Shown: one piece after another, positions 28,763 through 38,930 of the stretch
Layout of the letters: each line of letters starts with the position of its first letter
How positions within the stretch are numbered: the stretch's first letter is position 1
NCBI RefSeq assembly: GCF_009914755.1
Contig: NC_060927.1
DNA: 64,000 bases
Origin: the human T2T-CHM13v2.0 reference genome, Homo sapiens
Reading direction: 5' to 3' (one strand)
Translations under genes and position numbers: made by a program
Notes under the pieces: generated by a model
Seen by the model: the letters and a program-made list of their open reading frames with translations, nothing else
Databases searched by the model: none
Told to the model about the DNA's origin: nothing

Positions 28763-31323
28763 ATCCTTTGAATTCTTAGTAGCTCATGTGTTATTTAGAA
28801 GTGTGTTATTTACTTTCCAAATATTTGGGAGGTTTTTCTAGATTCTTTTTGTTATTGATTTCTAGTTTAATTCTATTGTGGTCAGAGAACATACTCTGAT
28901 TTTTTTTTAAAAACCAACTTAGGTATAATTTATGTACCTCTTTGCATGATTTTAATCCTTTTAAATTTATTGAGATTTGTTTTATGGCTTAGTGTATGGT
29001 TTATCTTGACAAATGCTACCTGTGCATTTGAAAAAATGTGTATCTGCTGTTATGGAGTGGAATATTCTATAAATGTCAGTTAGGTTAGGTTGGTTGATAA
29101 CATTGTTCAAGTCTTCCATATCTTTACTGATGATCTGTCTCCTTATTCTATTAATTACTGCATTTTACAGATATTAAATTATCTGACTATAATTATAAAT
29201 TTTTATATTTCTCCTTGCAATCCTATCAGTTTTGCTTCATGTACTTTGAAGCTATCTTATTAGGTGCAAACACTCTTAGGATTGTTACGTCTGCTTGATG
29301 AATTGAAATGTTCCTCTTTATCCCTGGTAATATTCTTTGCTTTGAAGTCTTCTTTGATATTAATATAGCCATGAACACTTAACATTTTAATAGAAGTTGC
29401 CAAATTTCCTCTCAAAAAAAGTTTGTGTCATTACATAAGGTGTTCCCCCTTTCTTGTCTATATCTTGAGATTTTGATATGACCCTTCCTCTAAACATGTA
29501 ATGTTTCTTCTGAATTGTGATGAGCTAATGCCTTGCCAGGCCACTGGTTCTTTAGCTGCACAATGGTGGCAATTAATTAATAGCAGCTCTGCCATCACAT
29601 ATGTGTGTGCGGGGGTAGGGGAGCAGACCAGGGGTTAGGCAAAGGATTAAGGGGAAGGAAGATTTTGAAAAGACAAATGAGAAGTATTTTCATTGTCAGA
29701 AAAGGCATAGGCAAAGGGGCATCTTAAGCCAGTTCAAGATACTAGGGCCAGATGAATTAGATCTCAGGGCAGTGAACTTGTGATGTCAGAGTCACTACAG
29801 AGGTCTGATAGATGTACTCAAGGTTGGAGACAGGTCTGATAGGTGTATCCAAGGTTGGAAACAGGTACTTTTTTTTAATGGGTGAAAAAAAATTAGACTG
29901 TTTGTGTCAGTGAAGAACGTGATGCGTACAGGGAGCCAGAAAGTGTTCACTAAAAACTAATTTAATTCATTTTATTTGCTACAAGTTTACACAGTTGGTG
30001 GATCTGCATAGGCCCCAGTTGCCTTGGCCCCCAGAGAGAGGTGGAACCAAACAGGTTACTAGAGACAAACAGATCCAGGAGATTCTGTCTGATGGGTTGC
30101 AGTCATTAACTTCAGACCAGTACCTGGTTTTCCTATTAGGCGTGTTTTAACACATTAGGTCAGGCCACCACTTCTCCATCTGTCTGGATGAGGCAACAGC
30201 GAACAGCGCTCAGCAGACCTTATTAAGTACTCAGGTCTTAAAGACCCTCTGTTTGGTGGGCTCTGTAGTCACTAGAACCATAAACACACTACTGGCTAAT
30301 TATTGTTTAATTATTGCTTAAAAACTGATGGGCACAATACAATCACCGCATTAATTACCCCATACAGCATCTGTTTTCTTTTTTGCAGCCATCCCCATTC
30401 CTCCCCAGCCCCTCTCCCCACTTTAATTGAAATTCAGCTTGCTGTAACACCTCCTTCCTCCTGGCCAACTGGATCTCTCCATTCACATGAGGGAGAACAA
30501 AACCGAGAAGGCCCCAGGGATTAGAGAGTTTTGACAGCTGTCCAAGAGGAGCGCGGAGATACGGGCCAAGTACGGAGGCAGGACAGAGACAAACGAGGGA
30601 CAAGAGAGTGACGGAGGGAGGGAGAGATAGGCAGGGAGACATCACAGGAGCATTAAACTGGACAAAGAGTCACAGAGACAGGCGGAGATGTTTAAAGGGG
30701 CGCTGAAAAGGGGAAAAGGACGAGAAAAGATAAAAAGGAGAGAAACTGTGGCGAGCTGGTGAGGAAAATGTGAGAGGCTCAGGAGGGCAGGGAGACAGAA
30801 GAGAGCTCGTCAGGAAGGAGGGGAAGAAAGGCCGGCCTCTAGGGACAGGTCAGTCCAGCTTGGAGACCGATCTGAAGATCCAGAGAAGGCGGGCGGGCAG
30901 CCTGGTGGTCCCCTCACACACCTGGGAGTGGAGTGGACGGAGGAGGTGGCCGCGGGGCCGGGAGGAGCACCGGCGGCGCGAGCGGAGAAGCTGAGCGCGC
31001 AGCGCCCGGGCCGCAGAGCCCCCTGGACAAGCCTGGCGTGTGCCCTGCAGCCCCGGGCTCGCCCGGCGGCCCCGCCCCCTCCCTGGCCCGGGCTTTTCCT
31101 GCGGAGCTCAGGAAGCCGGCCTAGCACAGCCTCGAACAATAGCTCGGGACTCGGGCTCCGCTCCCCGGGAGGCCGGCGCGGGGCCGCTGGGACTGGGGGC
31201 GTAGGCGCCGCCGGGGGCCCGCAGCGAGCCCTCGGCCCCGGCCGGAGCTTCAATTCAGCTCGGCGCTCCCGGGGTCATTGTTGGCCGGGACTGAGGGAGC
31301 GGGAGCCGGGGGAGGAGCTGGGG

Positions 31324-31353
31324 AGGCGGCTGCTGCGGCGGCGGCGGCGGCGG
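31324..31353 (+). repeat. Interrupted (GCG/CGG)n trinucleotide repeat in the promoter
   Basis: aggcggctgctgcggcggcggcggcggcgg. Confidence 0.85.
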
Positions 31354-31367
31354 GAGCCAGAGGGGGA

Positions 31368-31463
31368 GCTAGAGAGCGAGCGAGCGAAGGAGGGAGGTAG
31401 CGAGTGAGCGAGTGAGCGAGGGAGGGAGGAGGTAGGGAGACAGGGAGGGTGGGAGGGAGGAGG
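31368..31463 (+). repeat. (GAGC/GAGT/GGGA)n purine-rich tract
   Basis: gagagcgagcgagcgaaggagggaggtagcgagtgagcgagtgagcgagggagggagg... Confidence 0.8.
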
Positions 31464-31489
31464 AAAAATAAAGAGGAGAGAGCGGAGCA

Positions 31490-31870
31490 GGGCTGAACAA
31501 TAGAGACAGGCAGACGGGCGAGCAGGAGAGCCAGCTGCCGCTGCTGGGGGACAGCGGGCGCCCAGGCAGCCCGCACCCCGGCCCCGGGCCCCGGCCCCAG
31601 CCAGACAGCAGGCGGCCAGCGCCCTGGGGAAGGGGTACCATGGGGGAGCTGGCGGCAGGCACCCCCAGCCCGCCGCGCGCCTCCGCCTGAGGGAGGCTCA
31701 GCGTCCTCTGCCCCAGCCCCGCCGCCCAACGCCCGCCCTCGAAGCTCCGCGGCCGCCAGCTCTGCGGCCGCAGCAGCTGCGCCCCGCGCCCTCCGCCCAC
31801 CGGGCGCCGAGCAGCCCTCGGCCCCAGGCTTCTTCGGCTCCCGGCTGCCCGCGGACGCCCTCCCACAGTC
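31490..31870 (+). other. KALRN: Probable 5' UTR of KALRN exon 1 (TSS position approximate)
   Basis: GC-rich sequence immediately upstream of the ATG. The only AT-rich element in the island (aaaaataaag, ~31465-31474) could act as a TATA-like box about 30 nt upstream. The TSS is inferred, not seen. Confidence 0.55.
31640..31690 (+). other. Upstream ORF (16 aa, MGELAAGTPSPPRASA*) in the KALRN 5' leader
   Basis: gtaccATGg (A at -3, G at +4) at 31640, TGA at 31688-31690. Same frame as the main ATG, 231 nt upstream. Confidence 0.6.
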
Positions 31871-31943
31871 ATGAACCCCCCTGAGGGAGCAGCGGAGGAA
31901 GGAGGAGCAGCAGACTCGGACGTGGACGCCTTTTTCCGGACAG
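31871..31943 (+). CDS. KALRN: Kalirin RhoGEF kinase, coding part of alternative first exon (Ex1B-type, 24 codons + 1 nt, phase-1 donor)
   Basis: ATG at 31871 (acagtcATGa) reads MNPPEGAAEEGGAADSDVDAFFRT, then the canonical donor CAG|GTAAGC at 31943/31944. The peptide is recognised as the acidic Kalirin Ex1B leader that precedes the Sec14 domain. It lies inside a CpG island. Confidence 0.93.
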
Positions 31944-33469
31944 GTAAGCCGGGCAGGGCGCGGGGGGCCAGGGCTGAAGGCTACTGCCTCGGACGCGGCG
32001 TCTCGGACAAGTTTGGGGAAGGAGGGCTGTTGCTGCCGCGTGCGTGTTGGGGGGCAGTGCCCCCTCGGCGTCGGGGCTGGAGTTGCCGAGATTCTGGTTG
32101 TTATGGCAGTGCTGGCTGCGTCTGGGGAGGGCGTGGGGGCTGGGAACTCCGCGCCCCTCCGCCTTCACCCCAGTTGCGGGAGTCTGTGTTGGGGAGGTGG
32201 GAGGCGGTCCCCTCGGACCGCCTTCTCCCAGAGCGCGGGGATGGGCGGTGTTGGCTCACTTTGCAGCGCGCCGCTCCGGCTACCGGCGTCCCGGCCCCTC
32301 CCTTGGCTCCCCCTCCCCTGTGCCTGTCAGCGGGGCTCCCGGCGGCCGCCCTGGGTCGGCACCCCTCCTCGCCGTCGGGGGCCCGGGGCCCTGATGTGCA
32401 CAGAGGGGCGGCGGGGACCCGGAGCCGCGCCGGCTGCAGACTGACAGGAGTGGGGCGGAAGACATCGGTCTCGCCTGGTGCGTGTGGGGAGCTGGTCCCT
32501 CTGACTTGAGAGGCAGACCCAGCTGGGAGGGCGGTGGGCGCCTCGGACCTCCCCCTTGTCCTCCTCTTCAGTTCTGGGAACGGAGGAGCTATTCATAAGA
32601 ATTACTCATTCCTGGAAGTGTGAGTTAGCGTCCCTCTCATACACACCCACTAAGTCTCTGCTTGCTGTGAGGTGTAGAGCCCTGAGATGTCTTTCTAGCT
32701 CTTTGCGCCCCTGCCATCGTCCAAGTCCCGGGTCCATTGCTCCTCCTGCTCCCTGGCTACACAGTCCCTCCCTAGAACCGGCACTGACCACCCTTATCTT
32801 CCACCACCTGTGGCCCTGTTTCTCTGATGGCCAGGGATTCCCCGTCTCCCTGTACCTGTGGCTTCCACCAGCTTCTGTGTGTAGCTCCCCATCTCCCCAC
32901 ATGTCTGAAACAGTTTTGTCTGGAATCTTTGTCCCAAGGAGTCCAGTAAGTTACCGGGGCCCCATGCATCTGCTCTCCCTTCTGGAAAGTTGGATTAGAG
33001 GACATGAACTGGTGGGGGTCAGGGGTCAGGTTAGCTCTGGAGGGTCTCTGCACATCCATCTGTTTCCTAACCCTGTTACCTTGCCCTGGAGGTCATCTCT
33101 AGGGAAGGGGGTGGGGTGCTTTGCGGGGGAGACTTGTGGCTTTGGAAGTCAAGACTTGATTGGCTCATATGTTCATTCTCTAGTTGATGTGCAGAGGAAA
33201 AAACTGGAGGACAGGAGCTGGTGCCAGGGTCTGGGGAAATCAGAGGGAGCCCTGTCATTCTATTCTGCTTCCCAGGTCTAAGCCTTCTTTCCTTTTCTTT
33301 CTTCCTCCTTCCTTCCCTCCTTCCTCTTCCGAGACATGGATTCTATTTTCTTTCTTCTCTCTCTCTCTCTCATACACACACAGCCCAGCACCCAAAAGCA
33401 TGGATTCTAAAGAGGTGGAATCTAGGGAAAAGGTGGTTCTGGGGGCTAAGTGATATTCAGAAATACTCA

Positions 33470-33543
33470 TTATGAGGCAGAGGAGGGGAGATATGGGAAT
33501 TCATAACTGGGACTAGAAACAAATTGACCAGTCAATCAAAAAC
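33470..33543 (+). repeat. Local direct repeat C, copy 1 (74 bp)
   Basis: Matches 35181-35253 with 5 substitutions and 1 indel. Confidence 0.92.
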
Positions 33544-34169
33544 CCAGCTGACCCCCCTTGCCTCCCAACTGGGGCAAAAGTCTGCATTTTCTTAGCTCTG
33601 AGGGAAAAATCTTGAAGTGTGAGCCTTCCCACCTTCCCTTTCTGGACTCCACTTTTACCTTTTGGTGCCCACTCCTCTTTCCCCTTTCCTATCATCCAAA
33701 CACTAGGTCCTGTTCATTTTCTGTTCCAGGCACCCGTAGCAGAGCTCAGTTCCTGGAGGCTTGCTTATTTCTGATAATAAATTCACACAGTGTTAATGGC
33801 CAATAATAGTCCAATGTGTTACTTTTCCCAGGGCCTTTCAAAACACAAGGTGTGGCACACATTATCTAACCCTGGCTCAAATCACAGAATAAATAGCAGA
33901 CTGGGGTCAGTCTCCTGTGGGATTCCTATGTTGGGGATATTCTCCCTCCTCCTTGGGCAGCCCAGTGGCTGAGCTAAGTCTGATGTGCACTTAGTATCAG
34001 AGAAAGGTTAAGTCATTGGTGCATGAGGCTGGAAATGACTGATGACCTGTAACATGTTGCAAGAGGGGGTAGGTCAAGGACTACATCCACCCTGTGTGGC
34101 CCTCTATGCTTGGCTCACTGACTGTCACCACACTTCTGGTCTCTAGCCTAGGCTCTTGCTGGGGATTCT

Positions 34170-34668
34170 TCTTCTTCTTTTTATTTTTATTTTTTGTTGT
34201 TAATTTTTATTTTAGGTTCAGGGGTACATGTATGGGTTATATAGATAAACTGTGTGTCACAGGGGTTTCGTATACAGATTATTTCATCACCTTGGTAATA
34301 AGCATAGTACCTGATAGGTATTTTTTCTGATTTTCTCTGTCCTCCCACCTTCCACCCTCAAGTAGGCTCCGGTGTTTGTTATTCCTCTCTTTGTGTCCAT
34401 GTGTTTTCATTGTTTAACTCTCACTTATAAGTGAGAACATGAAGTATTTGGTTTTTTGTTCCTGCGTTAGTTTGCTTAAGATAACAGCCTCCACCTCCAT
34501 CCATGTTGCTGCAAAGGGCATGATCTTATTCTTTTTTATGGCTGCATAGTATTCCATGATGTACATGTACCACATTTTCTTTATCTAGTCTGCCATTGAT
34601 GGGCATTTAGGTTGATTCCATGTCTTTGCTATTGTGAACAGTGCTGCAATGAACATATGCATATGCGT
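34170..34668 (-). mobile_element. 5'-truncated L1PA/PB (PA13-16-like) 3' end
   Basis: tttaggttcaggggtacatg...cacttataagtgagaacatg...gatgggcatttaggttgattccatgtctttgctattgtgaa. TSD-like tggggattctt / tggagattctt. Confidence 0.88.
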
Positions 34669-35180
34669 TGGTGGAGATTCTTAAGCTTAGAAAAGCCATG
34701 TTTCTAAACCTTCTCCCTTCTGATTTCCCATCTCTGTGGAATATAGCACTATACCTGATAGGCTGGATAGATTATAAATGTATTCTATTGAACAACTGAG
34801 AAAGCTTCAAACAAATTTTCAAAGTCCCTAGCACCAGGGTTACCCCTTTCTTTCTGATGGAAAATTTTGTATGCACAAGGACCAAACTGGAAATTGCTTT
34901 GTCAAAATTCTGGCATACTGTGCTTCTAATTAGGCATGTTTCAAATTATTCTGTCATTTTGGTTCCTTGTTTGTCCTCTTCTGATCATTTTGGTGTTTCA
35001 ATCCCTTGACCAATTGGTTAAGCTAGATTCCCTAAATCTCACTTCCCTGTGTGCACATGGACACAGACATCCCACCCTACCCAGCCTACTATTCTAGATT
35101 GGTAGACTCCAGATTGTCTTCTTGGGAATTCTCTGTTCCAAGCCTGAGAAAGTGTGTTACAGTAATTTTATTGATCATAG

Positions 35181-35253
35181 TTATGAGGCAGAGGAGGGGA
35201 GTTATGGGAACTGATAACTGGGACCAGAAACCAATTGACCAGCAATCAAAAAC
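35181..35253 (+). repeat. Local direct repeat C, copy 2
   Basis: Copy of 33470-33543, 1.7 kb downstream, adjoining an L2 tail. Confidence 0.92.
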
Positions 35254-35254
35254 A

Positions 35255-36560
35255 ACTTTTCAATTATCCCTAGAGGCTTCTGCTGTCCACGGTGCTGTGG
35301 AACACAAAAGAAATATTCGAAGTGGTCTCTGTCCTCAAAGAACTTCTGAAGAAGATTGACATTTACTGTTCAATTAGAGATTTATTGCTAAGCGTTGTGG
35401 TGCTATAAGTTAAAAAGTTGGCAGAACTACAGAGGAGGTGGAACTTCGGGTGGTCCTTGAAGGATGAATGAAGAATGGGCAGTGGCACATGGGAGTTTGG
35501 GCATTGAAGAGCCTGGGCTGACATAGAGGAAGATGTAGGTTAGTGAGGAATGGGAAACAGGATTGGAGAAGTGGGGCAGGGTCAAACAGGGAGAGTCTTG
35601 AAAGCACAAGAGTGGAGATTGGATTTGATTCTGGGGCAGTAGGGAGTCATTATGGATTCTTGAACAATGACACATCATGAAAAATGTGGTGTTTGGAAAG
35701 GTTAATCTGGGATAATATGATTTAATAAGTGGAGAAGAGAAGGGTAGAATCTAGGGAGATGCAAAAGTGATCTGGAGGTGAGGGGGAGGAGCTTTGGTCT
35801 GGGTTGGTGGCAGAAAGGATGGGGAGTCAGGGATGCCATTGAGACACATTTTTAGAGGTATAAGTGTGGGGACTTGTTGATAATCTAGTGATGGGGGAGA
35901 GGAAAATGAAGCCCATGAGGAAAATGAAGTAGCTGGGTTGAGGAGCCTAGAGGACTGACAGTGTCTGACTGATGGACAGGTGTGGGCTGGTTGAAGACAG
36001 GACCTGGTTTTGCAGGGCAGATAATGTTGTTAGCTTTGGACATGAAGCATGGGGGGGGCGACTCAGGGAAATCCAGATGGAGTTGTTTTGTCAGCAGTTG
36101 GAAATGTGGGACTCAAGACAGGAGCATGGGCTGGAGGCTAGGGCTGTTGATGTTGATTTGGAAGGTTGGATGCAGCCGAAGCTTTGTGAATGCATCTGCT
36201 GTCAGAGGGAAGGAGTAGAGGAAGAAAGGGAAGGGTGAAAGTTAGATTTTGGGGTAGAAATTCTTATTGCAGAAGTGGCAGCAGAGGAGACTTGATCCTA
36301 GAGACCCCAGGGAGTCAGTGTGGGCTCTGATGTGATGACAGGCTGCAGACAGGTTGAGCAGGAGGAGTGCTGGGGCATGATGAAAGAAAGACCCTGTGCA
36401 CTCCAGGAGCACAGGATTAGAAGAGGTGTTCAGAGGAGGGATTTGGGGTGGTGAGTGGGAATCAGCTACTTGCAGAGTTTATCAGTGAAAGGAAAAAGAG
36501 GTGTGTGCTTAGCCAGAAGGGACGTTAGTATCCAGAAAAGGAATTTTTGTTTTTTGTTAG
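35255..36560 (-). mobile_element. L2 remnant
   Basis: gtggtctctgtcctcaaagaactt...tgattctggggcagtagggagtcatt...ttagctttggacatg...cagcagttggaaatgtggg. Confidence 0.6.
35279..35299 (-). promoter_or_regulatory. Candidate RE1/NRSE (REST binding site)
   Basis: Minus strand reads CACAGCACCGTGGACAGCAGA against consensus TTCAGCACCnnGGACAGCGCC. Both half-site cores and the 2-nt spacer are intact. Confidence 0.6.
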
Positions 36561-36809
36561 AGTCACAGCAGGTTTGGAGGTGGCAGGGAGAGAATGTGTG
36601 GAGAGGAAAAATTGAGGAGGCTAGAACGAGTGTAGAGTTTGATACCTGAAGAAATGAGATAAGAATAGGTTCCCTAACAAAAGTAAGAGTTTAGCTTTGG
36701 TAAGCAGCAGAGAAACCTTTTTCTTTAAGGTGCAAAGGAAAAAAAGTAAGAAGATAAATGAAAAGAGTGATGTGGAGATATTTTCTACCTCTGTCCTTCT
36801 GTTGAGCAT

Positions 36810-37530
36810 TGGTTCTGTGAATCTAGACATTTTCAACTGAAGTGTTTGCAGTTACTTGGGCTTCAGCCAATCTCAGACTCAACTCTGTATATCTTTCCAA
36901 CTCCCCAAACTAGCTCTTCCTCTTGACTTTCTTAATTCTATAAGTGACACCTTCACTCTCCCAGTCATGATATTTAAAACCTTGGCATTGTCTGTGAGGA
37001 CTCTCTTTCCTCCAACAAACCCTGTTGAATTATCTTTCATAGTTAGCTCTTGCTGCTCATTCACAGGGCATGGCCCCAGGCCAGGCCCCATATGCCCCCA
37101 TGGACTCCTTTCCTGGCCCTCATTCTCATCCCTTGGAAGCTGTTCACTTAGCCCCACTCCAAATTGGACCTGCAGACACATTAAACTTCCTAAAGCACTA
37201 CTTTCATCACACCACTGCTTGGTGCTTGAACCTTCAGTAACCCCCTAGTGCCTTCAGGGTCAAGTGTCGGCCTCACAGCTCAACTCCAGCCAGGCTGCTC
37301 TCCACACACTGCCCAAGGGCTCCTGCATTCACAGTCTCCTTGGATCAACCACCCCGGCACCCTCCAAATCCAACACAGTCTTTAAGACTTGATCCCTGCC
37401 TTCTTCTGGGAGCTTTCACAGCTCACGATGACAGCCCTTTGAATTACTCACTGTCTGTACTCATTTTCTCACTTCATTAGTATTGTATTGTTATTTAGCC
37501 TTTCCATACATGAAGGCTTGTCTCCCCCAT
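36810..37530 (+). mobile_element. L2 remnant
   Basis: ctccccaaactagctcttcctcttgacttt...cttcctaaagcac...cttgtctcccccatt. Confidence 0.5.
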
Positions 37531-38494
37531 TGAAGTTATTTGTTCTTTGGAGGTAAGAAAAAGGATCTTTTTAAAAGCTTGTGATTAATCAAAAAACACC
37601 TCCTCACAATATAAATCAAACATGGCAAAATATAAGCAGCTATTGAATCTAAGTGATGGTTTGTTTATATTCACTGTATGATTTCTTAAACTTTTTTCTT
37701 AAATAATAACCCCATCACATCTAGGCAGGGAACCTTAAACTATTGTCATGTCCAGATCATATAGAAGGGAGATTTGGGAATAACAATCTATGTTGGTATG
37801 CAATTCCTTGAGTAAATGTCACCGCCCAGTCTGTACATTGCCAGGTACCTAAAAAGGGAGGAGTCTCTTACTTCCTGAGCTTTCTTTTGCAGCAAAGGAA
37901 AACATCTCTTTTTTTTTTTAAGTTATGCTTGATGCTCCAGAGTGTAAACACGATGCTTAATTTAATGCTTGTTGTCCCTTCTTGATCTCCTCCACTTTCA
38001 CCCATTATGAACTGGGCTTTTGGTCACATCATTTTTCAGGAGCCTTTGGGGGAGTATTGGGAAGACTTTGTGGTTCTGGAGAGGGAATGTTGTTAATATT
38101 TCTAATGCTATATTTTTATAGGCTATTTCTACTATTAATATATTTTAGAACATATCAGTGACATCCAGGTCCACCTCTGTAAGATTTGGTAAGCTTTGCT
38201 TCATCCTTGTGCCACAAATCACCAATAACTTTATTACTGGTACATACTGTCCAGTCGTATTTGATAATCCCTTGAGGGATGAAAGGAGGTTTTAGAATAA
38301 ACTGAAGCTACAGAAAGAAATTAGCTGAGAAGTAAGAAAATCTTCCTGACTATAAATAAAATCAATAAAACACTATAAGGGGTGAACTAGAGGTTCTTCT
38401 TAGATGTTGGAAATGAACACTTTTTACTTTTCAAAGTTTTCTCTGGTTCTGGTATTTGATAGTTTACTGCTGGAGGTGGTCAGTATGGTATAGC

Positions 38495-38716
38495 CCAGTG
38501 GTTCTCAACAAGGGCAATTCTCCCCTCCCACCCCCCATCATAGAACATTTAGCAATGCCTGGAGACATTTTTTTGGTGTCATAACTTAGGGAGGGTTTGC
38601 TACTGGCATCTAGTGGGTAGAGGTCAAGGGTGCTGCTAAGCATCTTACAATGCACAGGACAACAAATAATTATCCAGCTCCAAAATGTCAGTAATGCTGA
38701 GATGGAGAAACGCTGG
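38495..38716. mobile_element. MER20 hAT-Charlie element
   Basis: cagtggttctcaac...gcaatgcctggagacattttt...tgctactggcatctagtgggtagagg...gagaaacgctg. Confidence 0.88.
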
Positions 38717-38719
38717 TAT

Positions 38720-38930
38720 AGCCAGAGGATGACAGGCTTTGGATGGAATAGGTTCAGCACTAACTAGGGATAGGATCTTGCATTAATTATTTAATATCTC
38801 TCATCCTCATCTTCTGCAAAATGGGACTGATAAAGCTTGTTTCACAGGTTGAGAGTATTAAGTAGGAAAAAACATGTATGGAGCATCTAGTGGTCTCTGA
38901 CACACTAGAAGCACAAGAAATCCTAGTTAT
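38720..38930 (+). mobile_element. MIR
   Basis: cttctgcaaaatggggactgataaagc...cacaggttgagagtattaag. Confidence 0.55.

Larger units (their letters stand above)
30880..32550. promoter_or_regulatory. KALRN: CpG island / KALRN promoter and first exon
   Basis: Very high GC and dense CpG against a CpG-depleted background. Contains many GC boxes, a (GCG)n run and two NotI sites, and spans the first coding exon. Confidence 0.93.

Noticed and set aside
29801-29866. Short spaced or tandem repeats (here, 23418-23472, 7852-7920) as a CRISPR-like array
   Set aside because: Only 2-3 degenerate units, no unique spacers of constant length, no cas genes, and the context is mammalian.
31871-32509. 212-aa ORF starting at the KALRN ATG
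   Set aside because: Only the first 24 codons are exon. The rest is read-through of GC-rich intron past the CAG|GTAAGC donor.
30770-32600. Many overlapping 100-170 aa ORFs on both strands in the CpG island
   Set aside because: Low-complexity Pro/Gly/Ala/Arg translations expected from stop-poor GC-rich DNA. No recognisable domain.
32556-33281. 241-aa ORF, the longest in the window
   Set aside because: Begins at TTG rather than ATG, has no recognisable protein features, and lies in the island shore of intron 1. Likely chance.
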